Source of the DNA: the human T2T-CHM13v2.0 reference genome, Homo sapiens
Length of the DNA stretch: 64,000 nt
Direction: 5' to 3' (one strand)
Assembly: GCF_009914755.1 (NCBI RefSeq)
Contig: NC_060934.1
Part shown: positions 13,159 to 27,702 of the stretch, in pieces
Layout of the letters: the number at the start of each line of letters is the position of its first letter
Position numbering within the stretch: the stretch's first letter is position 1
Translations under genes and position numbers: made by a program
Notes under the pieces: generated by a model
Seen by the model: the letters and a program-made list of their open reading frames with translations, nothing else
What the model was told of the DNA's origin: nothing
The model's database searches: none

Positions 13159-15752
13159 GTGAGTCCCTGCCCAGGGCCTGACTAGTCCTCACTGTGGTTG
13201 CCCCTCTCCTCCAGGGATGGGTGTAGAAATGCACCAATTGTGGGGAGCTAAGTGCCCATTGTCCAAAACCAGAGGAGGCTGAAATGACAGAGCGGATAAA
13301 ATTTTGAAGCAAATATGCTGGTTCAAGTGAGGTCTGGCCTTCCTGGGGAAAGAATTGGAGCTCTTCTTCCTCCTTCATGCTCCAGGAGACTGCTTGAGTC
13401 CTGCCAGAATGTCAGGCCCTTTGGTTTAGTGTCACCCTTGGCCTGAGACCCAAATGTGATTTTCCTGCTGGATCACTTGCCTCAGTCCTCAGAGTTGGTG
13501 CCAAGTGGTTTTTGGCTTCCTTTGCTTATCAAATCCAGCCTACAAGGACGTATTTGTCACCATGGATGCTCTTCCGAAAGGTATATCTAGCCAGGGATTC
13601 ATTCCAGTAATGCTCCAAGCAGCAGCTGCAAGCCTGGGGTGAGGTTTGCCTATATATATACATATATCAGTCCTGGGGTATTTGTTAAAAATCAAAATAA
13701 CACAAAACAAGGGAGGGGCTTGTTCCTGAAATATAACTAAACCATGCCATGTCCTTCTGCAGACAAACTGCAGCTCACAGTCTGTCTGAAAGACAACCAC
13801 CACCTGCCAGAGCACACAGAGAGCTGAGACGGAGGTGATGTCCATGGGAGGTGTGGCCTCCAGGAAGCATGGGGTCTAGGGAAGGGTTTCCCAAGGGCAA
13901 TCCTTGGATCACCTTGATCAAGCTGCCCTGAGCTAGAAATTGGACTCTCTAGGGGTGCATCTGGAGCAGTGGCCTAGAATCTTCCTGGATAATAAGCAAG
14001 CCTGTCATTGCTGATGAAGTCTAAGAAACACTGGTAAAGAGCTCCACCATATGTGTCAATTTTAACCAAACAAAGGAAAGAAAGTGTGCCTGAATCCAGC
14101 TTCTTTGAATGAATGGGCTTCCATGATAGGTCTGTGACCCAAACCTCCTCTCCCTTTCTTGTTTTCCGACTGTTGCTGGGCATTGTTCACCTCCTTCCTC
14201 TCTCTGTCTTTGCAGCCAGCTGCCTTGCAGGACTGCCCTCTTCCTACCTTTTCCGGGGGTTTGTTGCAGTGGTAATGAGGCAATGGATGGGGACAGGGTT
14301 GAGGGGAACTCCTAGCTGAGAGCCCCTCCTTCCTCATCTTCTCTGGAGACCTTGTGCTCCTTCTAGCACTACACAGCTTCTCCTGTTCCTTCCTGGTCTC
14401 ATCCCTACCCCGTATCCTCCTGGAGCTCATGCTCTGGGTGTCCTGTGACCCCAGCAGGAGCTTTGGGCTGGAGGATGAAGGGTATAGGGAAAGAGATGCT
14501 GACATGGTTTGGACAGGTGGATGCAGCAAGCATCAAGTGCTACTAAGGTCTGAGGCCCTCCTGATGGGGGAGGTCAGAAGAGGGTCACAGGTCTGAACCT
14601 GCCCTTGTTCTGTTTTTATCAATGACTTGGATGAAATTCTGGATGATAAGAAGCCGCATCATGAGATGGAAGGATGGACAGAGTCACTGGGCCAACAAAA
14701 ACAGAGGCACAGCCCCCCATTGGAACTGGGAATATGTTCCCGCAGAATTGTTTCCCACCTATGTGAGTTAGGGCATTTCCCCATGAAGAATATTACGGGC
14801 CAAATGGCCTTTTATGGACTGCTTCTCATTGATCCCTTGTGAGCCAGTTTCCTCTTTGAGCACAGGAACTATCCCTAATATTTCACAGAGCTTTTCATAG
14901 ATTGAATGAAATAATGGATCCAAATGTTCTTTGTAAATGGAAATTTACTACACACATGCAAAGTGGTATCATTGTTGCTTAGTACATTTTTTCTAAGGAA
15001 GGATGCATTGTGTTTCCCAAACAACTGACTTGGAGACAGACTTTTTTTTTGGAACATGATTTATTTGTAAGCTATGAATGCCAGGTTTTCACTTTTATTC
15101 AACCACTTTGGATTCGGGGAATGATTGGGGGTTTCAGAATTGAATCAATTTTTCCTTTATCTTGGAGTCAATAAGAGCCTTTGCATAGTACTAACAACCT
15201 AGGATGTGAGGCTGGCCTGTCTTCAGCACTCTCTGGCCCTACCCTGTTTTGTTCCTCATTTCCTAGCTGTGGTAGTGTAACATGGCCAGAGTAAAGGAAT
15301 GTGGAATCACAGCTCTTGTCTTTAGGGAATGGTGAATTTATGCTGCAGCTGGTGTACCCAAGGCCTGTTGGCAACTGGGGCTTTGAAACCGTACTATCCA
15401 ACAGGCACAGAAAGGAACTATGAGCAGTCAAGGGAGAATATTCATCCTGTGTGGGCTGTTGGGAAAGCAAAGCAAGAGAATTTATGTTCAGTGATGGTTA
15501 GAACCATATTTGGGAATCAAACAAAAACTGCGTCATGGTAGACTTCTGCAGCCCAAACTGAATGTGCATCTCTTGGTACAGGTTATTGATATAGCCTAAG
15601 GACCAGTTCAGCTCTGCCATTATGTGTTCAACTTATACCCTTGGAGTCAGCCAGGAGAGGAACACAACTTCCCTTGGATGCTCTAAAGGGCTCTGAGTCA
15701 GGCTCATTTTACCTGAGTTCCCCTTCATGAGGCTATCTGCCGCTGTCCACAC

Positions 15753-15970
15753 CAGTTGTTTTCAATCTCTCAGGGGACATTTAGCAATGTCTCTAGACAT
15801 CTTCTTGGTTGTCACAACTTTGAGGGGTAGGTGCTACTACTGCCATCCAATGGGTGGAGGGTTAGAGACTAGGGATGCTACTAAATGTCCTACAATCACA
15901 AGACCCCTCGCCCACTAACAAGGAGTTATGCAGCCCCAAATGTCAATACTGCCCAGGTTGAGAACCCCTG
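15753..15970. mobile_element. MER20 (hAT-Charlie)
   Basis: 'caggggacatttagcaatgtctctagacat...ggttgtcacaac...gatgctactaaatgtcctacaat...ccccaaatgtcaatactgcccaggttgagaacccctg'. Confidence 0.85.
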
Positions 15971-17599
15971 TTCTACATCATACCCCAGCTCCATATTTCT
16001 TTTCCATGTTACACGTTAAGAAGCAGCAATGTTCTGGGAGTGGGAAGTTTTGTTCATTCAATACTCAATTATTAAGGGAGAAATCAAGGAGACCTCAAAG
16101 GTTTCCCACTGGGAGGAGGGATGCAGAGTGAGGTCTTCAACTGCAGTGTAGGTGGATGTTTCAGGCAGGATGCCTGATTAAGATAAATAACTTGTTTTCC
16201 TTTGGTGAACTGAGCTGCCCAGTGACTGTGGGCGGGGGCCATCCATCATGGTGAGAATTCACATGGAGCCCCATTAGCATCAGCAAAACTCAAGTCCCCC
16301 TCATTATAGACTTTAGTTAACAGCATTCATGTTGTGAGATTTTATGACTCCATTTCAATTTTGATTTAAGCAACTGTGCCTAATGTGGAAATACATCCAA
16401 TTACTCGATTACACATTCATATCCAATAAATAGTCTATAATCTCTAATGACTCTCTCTCTCCATTATCATGGTTATTTTCTGCTATTGACACTCCCTGGT
16501 CTTTTCTGCCTCCCCAGCCCACTCCAAATATACAAATCTATTGTTTTATTAAGTGACGAAAATACAGAGGCACAGGCCATGGCATAGGGAAGGAGACATG
16601 AAACATTTAGCAGAACTTCCCCAGACACAAAACCGGTGGGATCAATACTAAATCTCTGTGTGGCTGATGTGGCCTGTGTCCTTGTGACATTCTGGCTTGC
16701 AGGTCAACTGGAAGCTGGAGAGTTTCACAGATGATGCTAACTACAAAGCCCAGTGCCCTCTCAAACAGGCTCATCTTTGTGATTAACAATGTGTTTAGCA
16801 GCGCTCAAACTTGTGGAATCCCCATACTAGAGAAAATAAATGCAGAGAAAGAGCAGAGCATGTCATTAAACTGACTCCTGCCTCTATTCACGCTCTTATG
16901 TGATTACGATTTCTTGTCAATGGAGGGTTACAACTACTAGTGGCAGGAATGTGGTGTTTGCTCCATCACTGGACTTAATAATGAGCTCCCCTGACCCCTC
17001 AAGTCCCTGCACCTGAAACCAGCCTCTCCTCTTGTGACTTTAGGTTTGGAGGTAACATTTTAAACACTTGTTCCTCTAATCATAGGTCATTTTAAGCAGC
17101 CCTGGGTGCCTGCGTGGTGTTTCATTATAAGAAAGAACATCCCCCTCTGGATGTAATCTAGGGAAACAGGTCTCAAAGAATGAAACATTCATTTGTTCCC
17201 ACCCAGACTAAGGTTGGAAAGCGTCTCGGTCATTCACAGACACAGTTGTCTAACCGGGCTGAAGTTTTCAAGATGGCCATTATTGCGTTCGCCTGCTTTC
17301 CCAGACTGGGCTGTGAAGGGTCTGTGATTTGAAATGAACTAAATATAGTTACCAAGCTTCAGGAGATTACTGACCCTGCAAATGCAGGTGTTTTGGTAGT
17401 TGGATATTGTGCTGGACTATTTCATGTGCCACAAAATACTTCTGGCCTCAAGAAGCCCAGGCAGAAGCTATTCCCTTTGGAGAAACCCTTTTTTCAAAGC
17501 CTGATGGCATTCTACAACTCACAGGACTCTCTTGAGTTCTCCTTCCTTTTGTTACTGATAAACCCAGTAGTCCCAAAGATGGGATCCTTCCCTGTTCCA

Positions 17600-18440
<841 letters not shown>

Positions 18441-18493
18441 ACCTTCCCCTTCCCTCCCCTCTGTCTCTGTCTCCATCTCTCTGTCTGCCTCTG

Positions 18494-18499
<6 letters not shown>

Positions 18500-18543
<44 letters not shown>
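18500..18543. repeat. (AC)22 microsatellite
   Basis: Read directly. Confidence 0.95.
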
Positions 18544-18545
<2 letters not shown>

Positions 18546-19029
18546 CTGAGGGACATACACTGTTATAAGCAGGCCTCCCTTGTGCTGTCAGAAGCAATCT
18601 GTAGATTTTCTAAATGAAGTGACTTGAAAAAGATCCCTTGGAACAATATGATTGTTTCTGCCAAAAACCTGCCAGCCCTGGGTAGAACAAAAACACTGAA
18701 ATTCTCCCTCTAATATCCTCAGCCCAAGTGAATTGATGTCACCTCATTTTCCCTCCACAGTTGGCTGCTGTGTATGGCAGGGCCCACAGTCACATTTACC
18801 ATCGGCTGCCAACCCCCGCCTCTGTCTGGGAACCTCTGAACCTTGACTGCCCATCTAAGTCCACCCGCCTCTGTGTTGGTGCCTAGGAGAGCGTAAGAAG
18901 CCTCAGCCCCTGGCTCACCCCTCCCTCCGGTCAAAGTCCACTGCATATCCTGCTTTCAGCCTCAAGAGAGGCATTCTCAGTCAGGACTTCTGCCCTCTTC
19001 CTGCCTCCAGGATAGCCCTGGTGTTTCCC

Positions 19030-19750
19030 CGTGATGTAATTCCCAGGGAAGATGGACGTTGATTGCTCCCAAGTCTCACTGGCATCCTTCCTTTGTTTTA
19101 CTCAAGGGAACCTGTCTCTTCTCAGCTTTCTGTGGTGTTCTGTGGTTCCTCCTGCTCAGCATATTTATAGACTCCAACTTTTCCTTCCCACTCTGGTCTA
19201 GTGATCCTCAGTTGTTGCCTGAATCATTGCAGAAGCCTCTCAGCCTGGCTCCCTCCTTCCTTCTTTGGCCCTCAACTGCATTTGGAATGTGCCTTTAGAG
19301 CCTGCGTTAGCACATGTCACTTTTGCAAAAATCCTCCAGTGATTCTCATTTCACTCAGCATCACAGCCTGTGTCCTGCCATGGTCCATAAGATCTGCTCC
19401 CTCCGTACTTCTTTGATGCTATGTTCAAGCTACTTGTCCTCCTCGTTCACATGATTGCATCGCTTGAGCTTCTTGCTACTCCTTGAACAGGCCCGTCCCA
19501 TCCCACCTCAGAGCCTTTCCACAGGCTCCACCTTGTGCCTGGAATGCTCTTCTTCAGATGTGGGCGTGGCTTGTTCTCCTCTCCCTCCTAAACTGGGCTC
19601 AAGTGTCACCTTCTCCGTCTCGTGATGCCCACTCCACTTGAATTGCAGCCCCTTCCCCACATGCCATGTCCCTCTCCCCTTGCGCATTTACCACCTTCTG
19701 ACAAATGAAGTCATTTATTATGTATTGATTATTATCTGTCTCTAACCACC
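19030..19750 (+). mobile_element. L2 fragments
   Basis: Pyrimidine-rich L2 phrases 'cccacctcagagcctttccacagg...tgcctggaatgctctt...ctcaagtgtcaccttctc'. Confidence 0.55.
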
Positions 19751-19754
19751 AGAA

Positions 19755-19911
19755 CAGGGGTTGGCAAACTTTGTAAAGGGTCAGATATCAATATCTTAGG
19801 CTGTATGTGGCCATGAGATCTTTGTTGCACCTATTCAGTTTGGCCGTAGTGCACAGAAGTGGCTATAGACAATATGTAAAGGAACGTGTTCACTTAGTTT
19901 GCTGGCGTCTG
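19755..19911. mobile_element. MER58A-like MITE
   Basis: Starts CAGGGGTTGGCAAACTT...TGTAAAGGGTCAGATA and ends 'tagtttgctggcgtctg'. Confidence 0.7.
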
Positions 19912-19981
19912 CACTAGAATATAATATCCACGTGAGCAGGGATTTAGGTCTCTGTTGTTGGCATGGCACATAGTAGGTACT

Positions 19982-20458
19982 TGTATCAGGGTCCTACGGC
20001 TGCCATAGCAAAGTACCAAAAACTGGGTGGCTTAGAACAACAGAAAGATATTGTCTCACCGTTCTGGAGGCTGGAAGTCTGAAATCAAAGTGTTGGCAAA
20101 GCCACCCTCTCTCTGAAATCAGTAAGGGGAGGATCCTTCTCTGCCTCTTCCAGCTTCTAGTAGCCCCAGATGTGCCTTTGCTGATGGCAGCATAATTCCA
20201 GTCTCTGCCTCTCTCTTCCCATGGTGTTTTCTCTGTGTGTCCTCACATCAGCTTCCCTCTTTGGGTGTCTGTCTCTGTGTCCAAATTTCCCCTCTTTATA
20301 AGGACACCAGTCATATTGCATTAGGGCCCACCCTGATTATCATATTTTAACTTGATTACTCCTGTAAAACCCTATTTCTAAATAAGGTCACATTCTGAGG
20401 TCCTAGGGACTAGGACTTCAGCATATCTTTCCAAAAGGACACAATTAAATTTATAACA
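19982..20458 (-). mobile_element. MaLR solo LTR (MLT1C-like)
   Basis: 'ggctgccatagcaaagtaccaaaaactgggtggcttagaacaacagaaa...ttctggaggctggaagtctgaaatcaa...aaataaggtcacattctgagg'. Confidence 0.85.
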
Positions 20459-20615
20459 GTCTTCAATACATATGTGCTGAATAAATAAATGAGTTTGACT
20501 TAATCATGTTCCTTTCTTACTAATATCATTTTTTCTTTGGGCTGGTTTTACTAGTAACTTATTCTCTACAAGTTCTTTCCTTTTAAAAATAAACAAAAGG
20601 TTATACTGTAAATAT

Positions 20616-20700
20616 TCCCTCCCTCCCTCCCTCCCTTCCTCCCTCCCTCCCTCCCTCCCTCCCTCCCTCCCTTCCTTCCTTCCTTCCTTCTCTCCTTTCT
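20616..20700. repeat. (CCCT)n/(CCTT)n polypyrimidine tract
   Basis: Read directly. Confidence 0.9.
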
Positions 20701-21304
20701 TCTTGTCATTGTGTCTGTGTACCCGGCGTGTTCTCCACTGGGCTCAGTACTGAGTAAGATGGACATAGCTGCTGTCCTCTCAGCTTATACTGTACCAGGG
20801 CTATTTTGCATACTTCCTGCTAGGTAAGCTCTTTTGTAGAAACTCAAAGTCACAGAAACATGAAGCTTCACAAGTAGCAGAATCACTGGAAAGAATAAAA
20901 AGAACAACAAAAAAATCACATGCACTTGTTGAGTTTGCCAGAGCTGACTTTTGCCCTAGTACCTTGGGTCATGGAGCCCAAGGCATACAAGGTCCCAAGT
21001 CAAGCTAGCTTAGTGATGTTGGAGGCTGCCTTGGTGACAGAAGGGATGATCTTCTGGAGGACCTGACAGCACATCTTCAGAAGCCTTTCTGCTTGTTTGT
21101 GCCACAACAGATGAGGGCAGCCTGGCACCTCAGTATGGCAGAACTCATAAGGTCCTTCCTGTCCTTTGACCTCATGGCAAGAGGGCAGGGTTTTGCCAAT
21201 GTTATAGGTAAGGATTCAGATCCAGGCTGCCTGATTGAAAGTCACTCTTTCCACTACCATTGGAGTTTATCTGGCTCATCTGGTGTCAATTCTCTCCTCT
21301 CTTT

Positions 21305-21585
21305 TTAAAGAACAGCTTTCTTTATAATTCTCAATTATAAAATTCTCCCTTTTAAAGTACAGAAACATTTTTATATATCCAGAGTTGTGCAACCATTACC
21401 ACTATCTAATTCTAGAACATTTTCATCACCCCAAAGAAACCCTTATCTCTCAGCAATCGCTTCTCATTTCTCTGTGCCTCAGGCTCTGGCAACCACTGAT
21501 CTACTTTTTATCTCTATGGGTTTGCCTATTCTGCACGTTGCATATAAATAGAACCATACAATGTGTGGCCATTTGTGGCTGGTGA
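21305..21585 (-). mobile_element. L1M 3' end fragment, antisense
   Basis: 'gttgtgcaaccattaccactatctaattctagaacattttcatcaccccaaaagaaaccc...ggcaaccactgatctacttt'. Confidence 0.75.
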
Positions 21586-23978
21586 TGTTGATTCTTTAGT
21601 GCCTCTTGTAGATGTTGTTCAGCTCATGTCAGTTCCCCATTTACTGAATAAAAGTCGGCTGAGCTCTGGGAAATAAATAGGAATGAAACATCCCAGAGTC
21701 CTAGGTAATGACATGTAGTTGGGGAGATAGATTCAGAAACAGGAAACACCACTGGTGGTAGGTGTGAGGCCACAGAGTGCATAGATGGCAGGCCAGAGAG
21801 AGAGCAGGTCCCCTGGTCCATGCTGAGGGCTCCACAGAGCCACAAAGGGACATGGAAAACATTCTGCTCCAGCCCATACCAGATGACTGGTCAATTTGTG
21901 TCCTGTAGTCTTACAAAGACACTACCCCTTTCTTAAAAGATGGGTCTATCTTCAGTTTCTCAGATTTACCAAGCCTCCTTTGTCATCAGCACCTTCTCAC
22001 ATACCCTTCTCTCTGCCTGGAAAACCACCAGTGCCCTCTTTTCCTCTACTTCTCAACCTCTCCCGGTTAACTCTTGCTCATCCTTCAGGTCTTAGCCTGA
22101 GGGTCATGTCCTCAGCAAAACCTCTGCTCCAGAATAGCCCAGATCTCTGTGCTGGGCGAGCTCACAGACCCTCACACGTTTCCTTCATGGTGCTTACCAT
22201 AGCTGCAAATTGCTGATACGGCTGTCATTGTTTAGTGTCTGTCTTGCCCCTTTGCTGGAAACTCTGGGACAGCAGGGACATGTCCCATTCGTTCAGCCTG
22301 TGTCCTAGGCTTGGCCATCATGCCCGACCCCTGATACGTATGCAGTGCATGTGTATGAATGAATGGCATCAGTGCTACGTAAGGAGACAGAAGTATTTTG
22401 TATTCCAAAGACACTGAGATCCATTTATTTCCCTTTTGAGACTTCTAGTTGATTTGGGGCAAAGTTAATCCCAAGTGTTTTTCCCCCAATAAGGGCTTTC
22501 TTGTCCCCTGCTTGCCTGTCTATCAAGAGGATACAAATGTGATTTTATCAAAATAGCAATAGCCCACTTGAGGCAATTGATGACAAGCTCCTTCATAAAG
22601 TAAGTTATTGTTTGGATCTTGTTCGCCACCTTTGTAATAAACACAGCCCCAAAATGACTTTGCTGAGAAGCAGCTTGGATAGACCTTTCATTGCCCTTGT
22701 TACTTCTCATAGACTCCCATAGCACCTGTGATATCACTTTTCACTCATTCCATTAAATGGGAAACAGAATTGGCAGGAATTGTCATTTCCATGCATGCTG
22801 CTATGTCAGTAAATCTGGGAAACATTCTTGGAATGGTTTGATGTCTTTTGGTCAATGATCCACCTAATGAAATGCTGCTTCAGAAAATAGAATGTTGAAT
22901 GGTGTTATTTGTAGGTTTTGCTCTTTGGTCTGTTTAGTCAGTGGCTCAACTGCAGATGTTGTGGATCGTTTTAGATGCTAATAGAAATACCTCATGGGAC
23001 TGTTTCCTGGGGTTAGAGGAAAAACAAAACAATAGTGCAACTCTAAGACCTTGAACTAGTAAAAGGCCTGACACATTTTATAGGCTGGTGGCCATAAGCT
23101 AGTGAAGAGATTCTTCATTTAAGCAACTTCATTTAATCACGTTAATTACACCCTGTGGCCCTGCTCCAGAATTCACGGTACATATTGCTTTACAATTTCT
23201 TGGGTGACAAACGTGTTTTTAAGTTCCTTAGAAGTTTATTTACGATGCTATGAAAATGTAGCCATGCCAGAGAGGTGAGATCTGTAAGCTTCTGAGTTGC
23301 TGTGTGAGGAGAAGGATGGGGCAGAATGAGAAAGCCTCCGGCAGCTCTGAAGTGGAATGTGAGAGGAATGGCAAAAGGATAACAAGGATGGATACTATTT
23401 TTATGTCCTATTTTGGCATGCTCCATGAAATAATCATTAGAAGTAATATATTATTAAATTATCATCACAACTTAATGAGGCGGATACTGAGATCCACATT
23501 TGAGAGAGAAGGAAACTCAGAGAGGCAAAGCAACTTGCCCTGGTAGGGCCTGCAATGTCTTAGCCTTAGGATTTCTCAGCGTGGAAGATTCTTGGATCGG
23601 GGGTGAGGATAAGTGGTGGTTACCTTACTGCAGCCCCAGGAGCCTCCAAATGGCCAACAGTTCTTCTCTTGGGAATGGATCTGCTGCCTCCTTTTCTTCT
23701 TCATTCTTGGGAATGCCTCTTGCTTTCCCTGCTGTCCTCCAATCCCCCCGCTACCCTGATGGCTGCTCACCAAGTCTGAGCAGACACGAACCTGTATTCC
23801 TTGCCTTTCTCCCAAACAGCTACTGCTCAGTCACACTGTATTCATCAGTTGTTGAAGTTTGAACTCGTATGGGGAGAAAGCAGTGACAATTATTTGGTCT
23901 CTCCCATTGACTAGTTAGAATGACTTTTGTTTCTAACTGATATTTTATCTGAACCAAAGAGAAGATATGACCTATTTT

Positions 23979-24284
<306 letters not shown>

Positions 24285-24760
24285 GATATGACCTATTTTC
24301 TAAATGCACCTTGGTAGAGTCTCCAAATAATCTCAATGTGTGGCCTCAGTAGGCTGACTCAGGATCACATTCCTGGAACACTTACATAACAAGGCCTCTT
24401 AGCCACCTTGTACTTGTGGTTCCATGCTAATATGTTACTGATGAGGTCATCAGGAGGACCAGAATGGGAAAGGGGCATGCCCAAAAACACACAGGACAGC
24501 AACCCGACCTAACCCTGAGTTACTATGTATCCATTTCCCTCAACAAACATAATTATGCTGTGAGCAAGATGTTGGCCAAGGTGCTGAAGGAATCAACAGC
24601 CAACCCTAATAGAGTTTTGAGTCCAGCATTAAACATTAAACAATCGCACAATTTGTCATTGTTCGCCACTCTAATTGCACAGGGAGTGGGGAGGGACTAT
24701 TAACATGTGTAACTGGGAGACTTGGTCTAGTCTGGAGGTCAGATGAGGCTATGTTGCACA

Positions 24761-24910
24761 ATGATGTTGAGCTCTGAAATATGAATAGAAATGACATTGA
24801 GCTCAGAAATATGAATAGAAATGACATTGAGCTCTGAAATATGAATAGAAATGACATTGAGCCCTGAAATATGACTAGAAATGATATCGAGCCCTGAAAT
24901 ATTAATAGAA
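24761..24910. repeat. 30-bp minisatellite x5 (ATGACATTGAGCTCTGAAATATGAATAGAA), embedded in an antisense L2-like segment
   Basis: Units at 24761, 24791, 24821, 24851 and 24881, each with 0-4 differences from the consensus. Confidence 0.95.
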
Positions 24911-26616
24911 ATTGATTAGGGGAAGGCATGAGGAGAAGGGATTCCTGGGAATCCAGGATCGGAACAGCACATGTGGAGCCCCAAGAGGAGAAGCAGCACA
25001 TGTATTTGAGGAACTAAAGGGAAGACCATGGCTTCGGTAGGAGGAGTGAAGGGGAAATGGCTGGGATGGTTGGCAGGGCCAGGGATGCAGCCTTGAATGA
25101 CACAGGGGCTTGGCTGTTCTGTTACAGCAGTGGGAAGGAGTCAGCCAAGCAGGAGAATGGCTGCACCTATTTGCTCTTGAGAGAACATCACCAGCTGCTG
25201 TGTCCCAAGTCCAGTTCCAGAGCAGCGTACTGGGCCCCTGGTCTACATGCACTGAAACTTATGCTGCCATCACGGACATGTCTAAAATAAAAGAGCTTTT
25301 CTTTTATTTGTACTTCTTTTCCTGCTTTGCTATTGTGGATTAATAAAATTACATGCATGAAATTACTAAATTTGTTTTAAAGAAGATAAAGCTATTCATT
25401 ATAGAACTTTTCATGTTTAACTATTAGCTTCATAGAAACTGAAAGTAGAAGCAATTCTATGAAAGATACTGAAATATGAAAATATTGTCCCCGTCCTCAA
25501 AAATTATCCCGTTAGATCTAGATAGAACCAGGATACCTATAACAGGATCACAAAAAGACTGATAGGTGCAATGCACGTTTCTAAGCATTGAGCAGCTTGT
25601 TTTCTTGAAAGATACATTTCTTTAATGACCACTCAAAATGTCACCTACAGGAGATGCAGGGACATTAGTTTGTGACTTAAACTGAAGTCTTTATATAGTG
25701 CGTTGCTTACTGGGAAGCGTTGGGAAACTTGCCACCCTGAGCACTGATCCTTCAGGAAAACCATTGCCTCCTACCTGAATGCAGATGGACATACCCTTCA
25801 GCCCGTGGGGCCTGCTGCATCCTGAAGGCTGGGACCTCAGACAGTCATGTGGTTATCAAGCCTGGAATGAACCCGCCAGGGTGTGGACACAGCATCACGG
25901 ACCAGTGCAACTGCAGGATCAGGACTCCAGGGTTCAAGCCCAATTCTTTTGGGGAAAATGGGGCTGATCCTGCCTGCCTATGGGAAGTCTGTACGGTTCA
26001 ACAAGAGTTTCAAATTTTTTTGTTAGGGGAGATTTTCCACTGGACTAGAATCTTTTCAGCAAAAATAACCCATAGACAGTTAAAGTGAACACACACACAG
26101 ATACTAAGCGAGAGTTGTTTATGTGAGCTGCTTTTATGAGGTCTCTATTGAGAACTACCTGAATGTTCTCTTTGGCAGGGGGCTGCCCTTGGGGCGGAGG
26201 GCTGGTATTCCCTGCAGATGCACCCCCCTGCCTCACCTGCTCCCCTCTTGCCTCCCAGCTGGTAAGATCTGTATCTGTTAGAGAATTGAGTCCTTCCCGC
26301 CAGAGGTCTGCTGAGTTTGCCAACACAGGCATATCTTAAAATGTTTTATTCACTTTGTCTGTGACTCAGAAGGTTCATTTCATCCCTGGGAAACCACTTA
26401 CCATGAGGCAGAGACCCTGGCGTCTGCTGGCTTTTCTGCAGCACACCAGCAATACTACAGGACTCTGATGGGAACTTACTAAAGAAAAAAAAAATTACAG
26501 CTCCCAAGATATTTAGATCCTACAGAGATGGCTTGAATTCTTCTTCCAGAATTTAGAATTGATTTCAAAAATCAGAAATACAAATCTGAGTTTATGCAAT
26601 GCTCAGGTGTGAGTTA

Positions 26617-26946
<330 letters not shown>

Positions 26947-27171
26947 CACCAGGAAGAAAGAATCAAGTACTCATTTTTAAGTATTTCAGTACCAGAAATG
27001 CTGGCAGTTTGCAGAGGCCACCACTGTGGTTTCTTTCCTTTAGTCTTTCAGGGGGTCCTGTAAGCAAACCAGGTCCTAGAACAGGAAGGAAAAGTGCTTT
27101 CTGGAAAATATAATTGGCCACATTTGAACAAATGGTAACCCATTTTTCCTGCTCTGCTGTTTCCTGCCTAG

Positions 27172-27371
27172 ATTCCTTTGTGGGTGGAGTCATCGGCCTC
27201 ATTTTTGCATACATTTGCTACAGACAGCACTATCCTCCTCTGGCCAACACAGCTTGCCATAAACCCTACGTTAGTCTGCGAGTCCCAGCCTCACTGAAGA
27301 AAGAGGAGAGGCCCACAGCTGACAGCGCACCCAGCTTGCCTCTGGAGGGGATCACCGAAGGCCCGGTATGA
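27172..27371 (+). CDS. PLPP4: PLPP4 terminal coding exon (last TM segment and C-terminal tail)
   Basis: Acceptor ctgctgtttcctgcctAG at 27170-27171. G|AT completes the Asp in phase with the previous exon. Translates DSFVGGVIGLIFAYICYRQHYPPLANTACHKPYVSLRVPASLKKEERPTADSAPSLPLEGITEGPV*, TGA at 27369-27371. Confidence 0.96.
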
Positions 27372-27696
27372 CCAGTGTCCTGGGAGGATGGACACTAAGC
27401 CCTGGGCACATCTGCCACCCTGACATCATAACACAATAGAAATGGTTTTCTGTAGTGTATTTTTCATCAGTTGTTTCTCAAAGTCATCGTACTTCTGCTT
27501 CTGTTTCACTGATGGTGTTCCTGCTACTTTAAATGTCTACTTCCAACATCCTTGAATTTGCAAGTGAAGGACAACAATCTCTGAGAGACGTGTGGAAGAG
27601 GCTGTGAAGGTGGGGTTTGGGGAGCTTGGCCGATTCGTCTATCTGAAATGTTTGCTGTAACAGCCACCTTCCTATGTTTTCATGGTTGTAAAACAT

Positions 27697-27702
27697 AATA
27701 AA
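27697..27702 (+). terminator. PLPP4: Proximal PLPP4 poly(A) signal AATAAA
   Basis: First AATAAA after the stop (~325 nt), with TGTA just upstream (27687-27690) and GT-rich 'ttggtgttgg' downstream. A second AATAAA lies at 27950-27955. Confidence 0.7.

Noticed and set aside
12981-13181. ORF-track versions of the PLPP4 exons (also 27114-27371) as stand-alone proteins
   Set aside because: They extend past canonical splice sites into intron. The exon limits are 12988-13158 and 27172-27371.
24761-24910. CRISPR-like array
   Set aside because: Units are head-to-tail with no unique spacers, there are no cas genes, and the context is eukaryotic.
24636-25001. 121-aa ORF with repeated SMSFLFIFQS
   Set aside because: Translation of the 30-bp minisatellite, which stays open because 30 is divisible by 3.
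27354-27371. C-terminal PDZ-binding motif in PLPP4 (...TEGPV)
   Set aside because: Ends in Val but position -2 is Gly, which does not fit the canonical classes.
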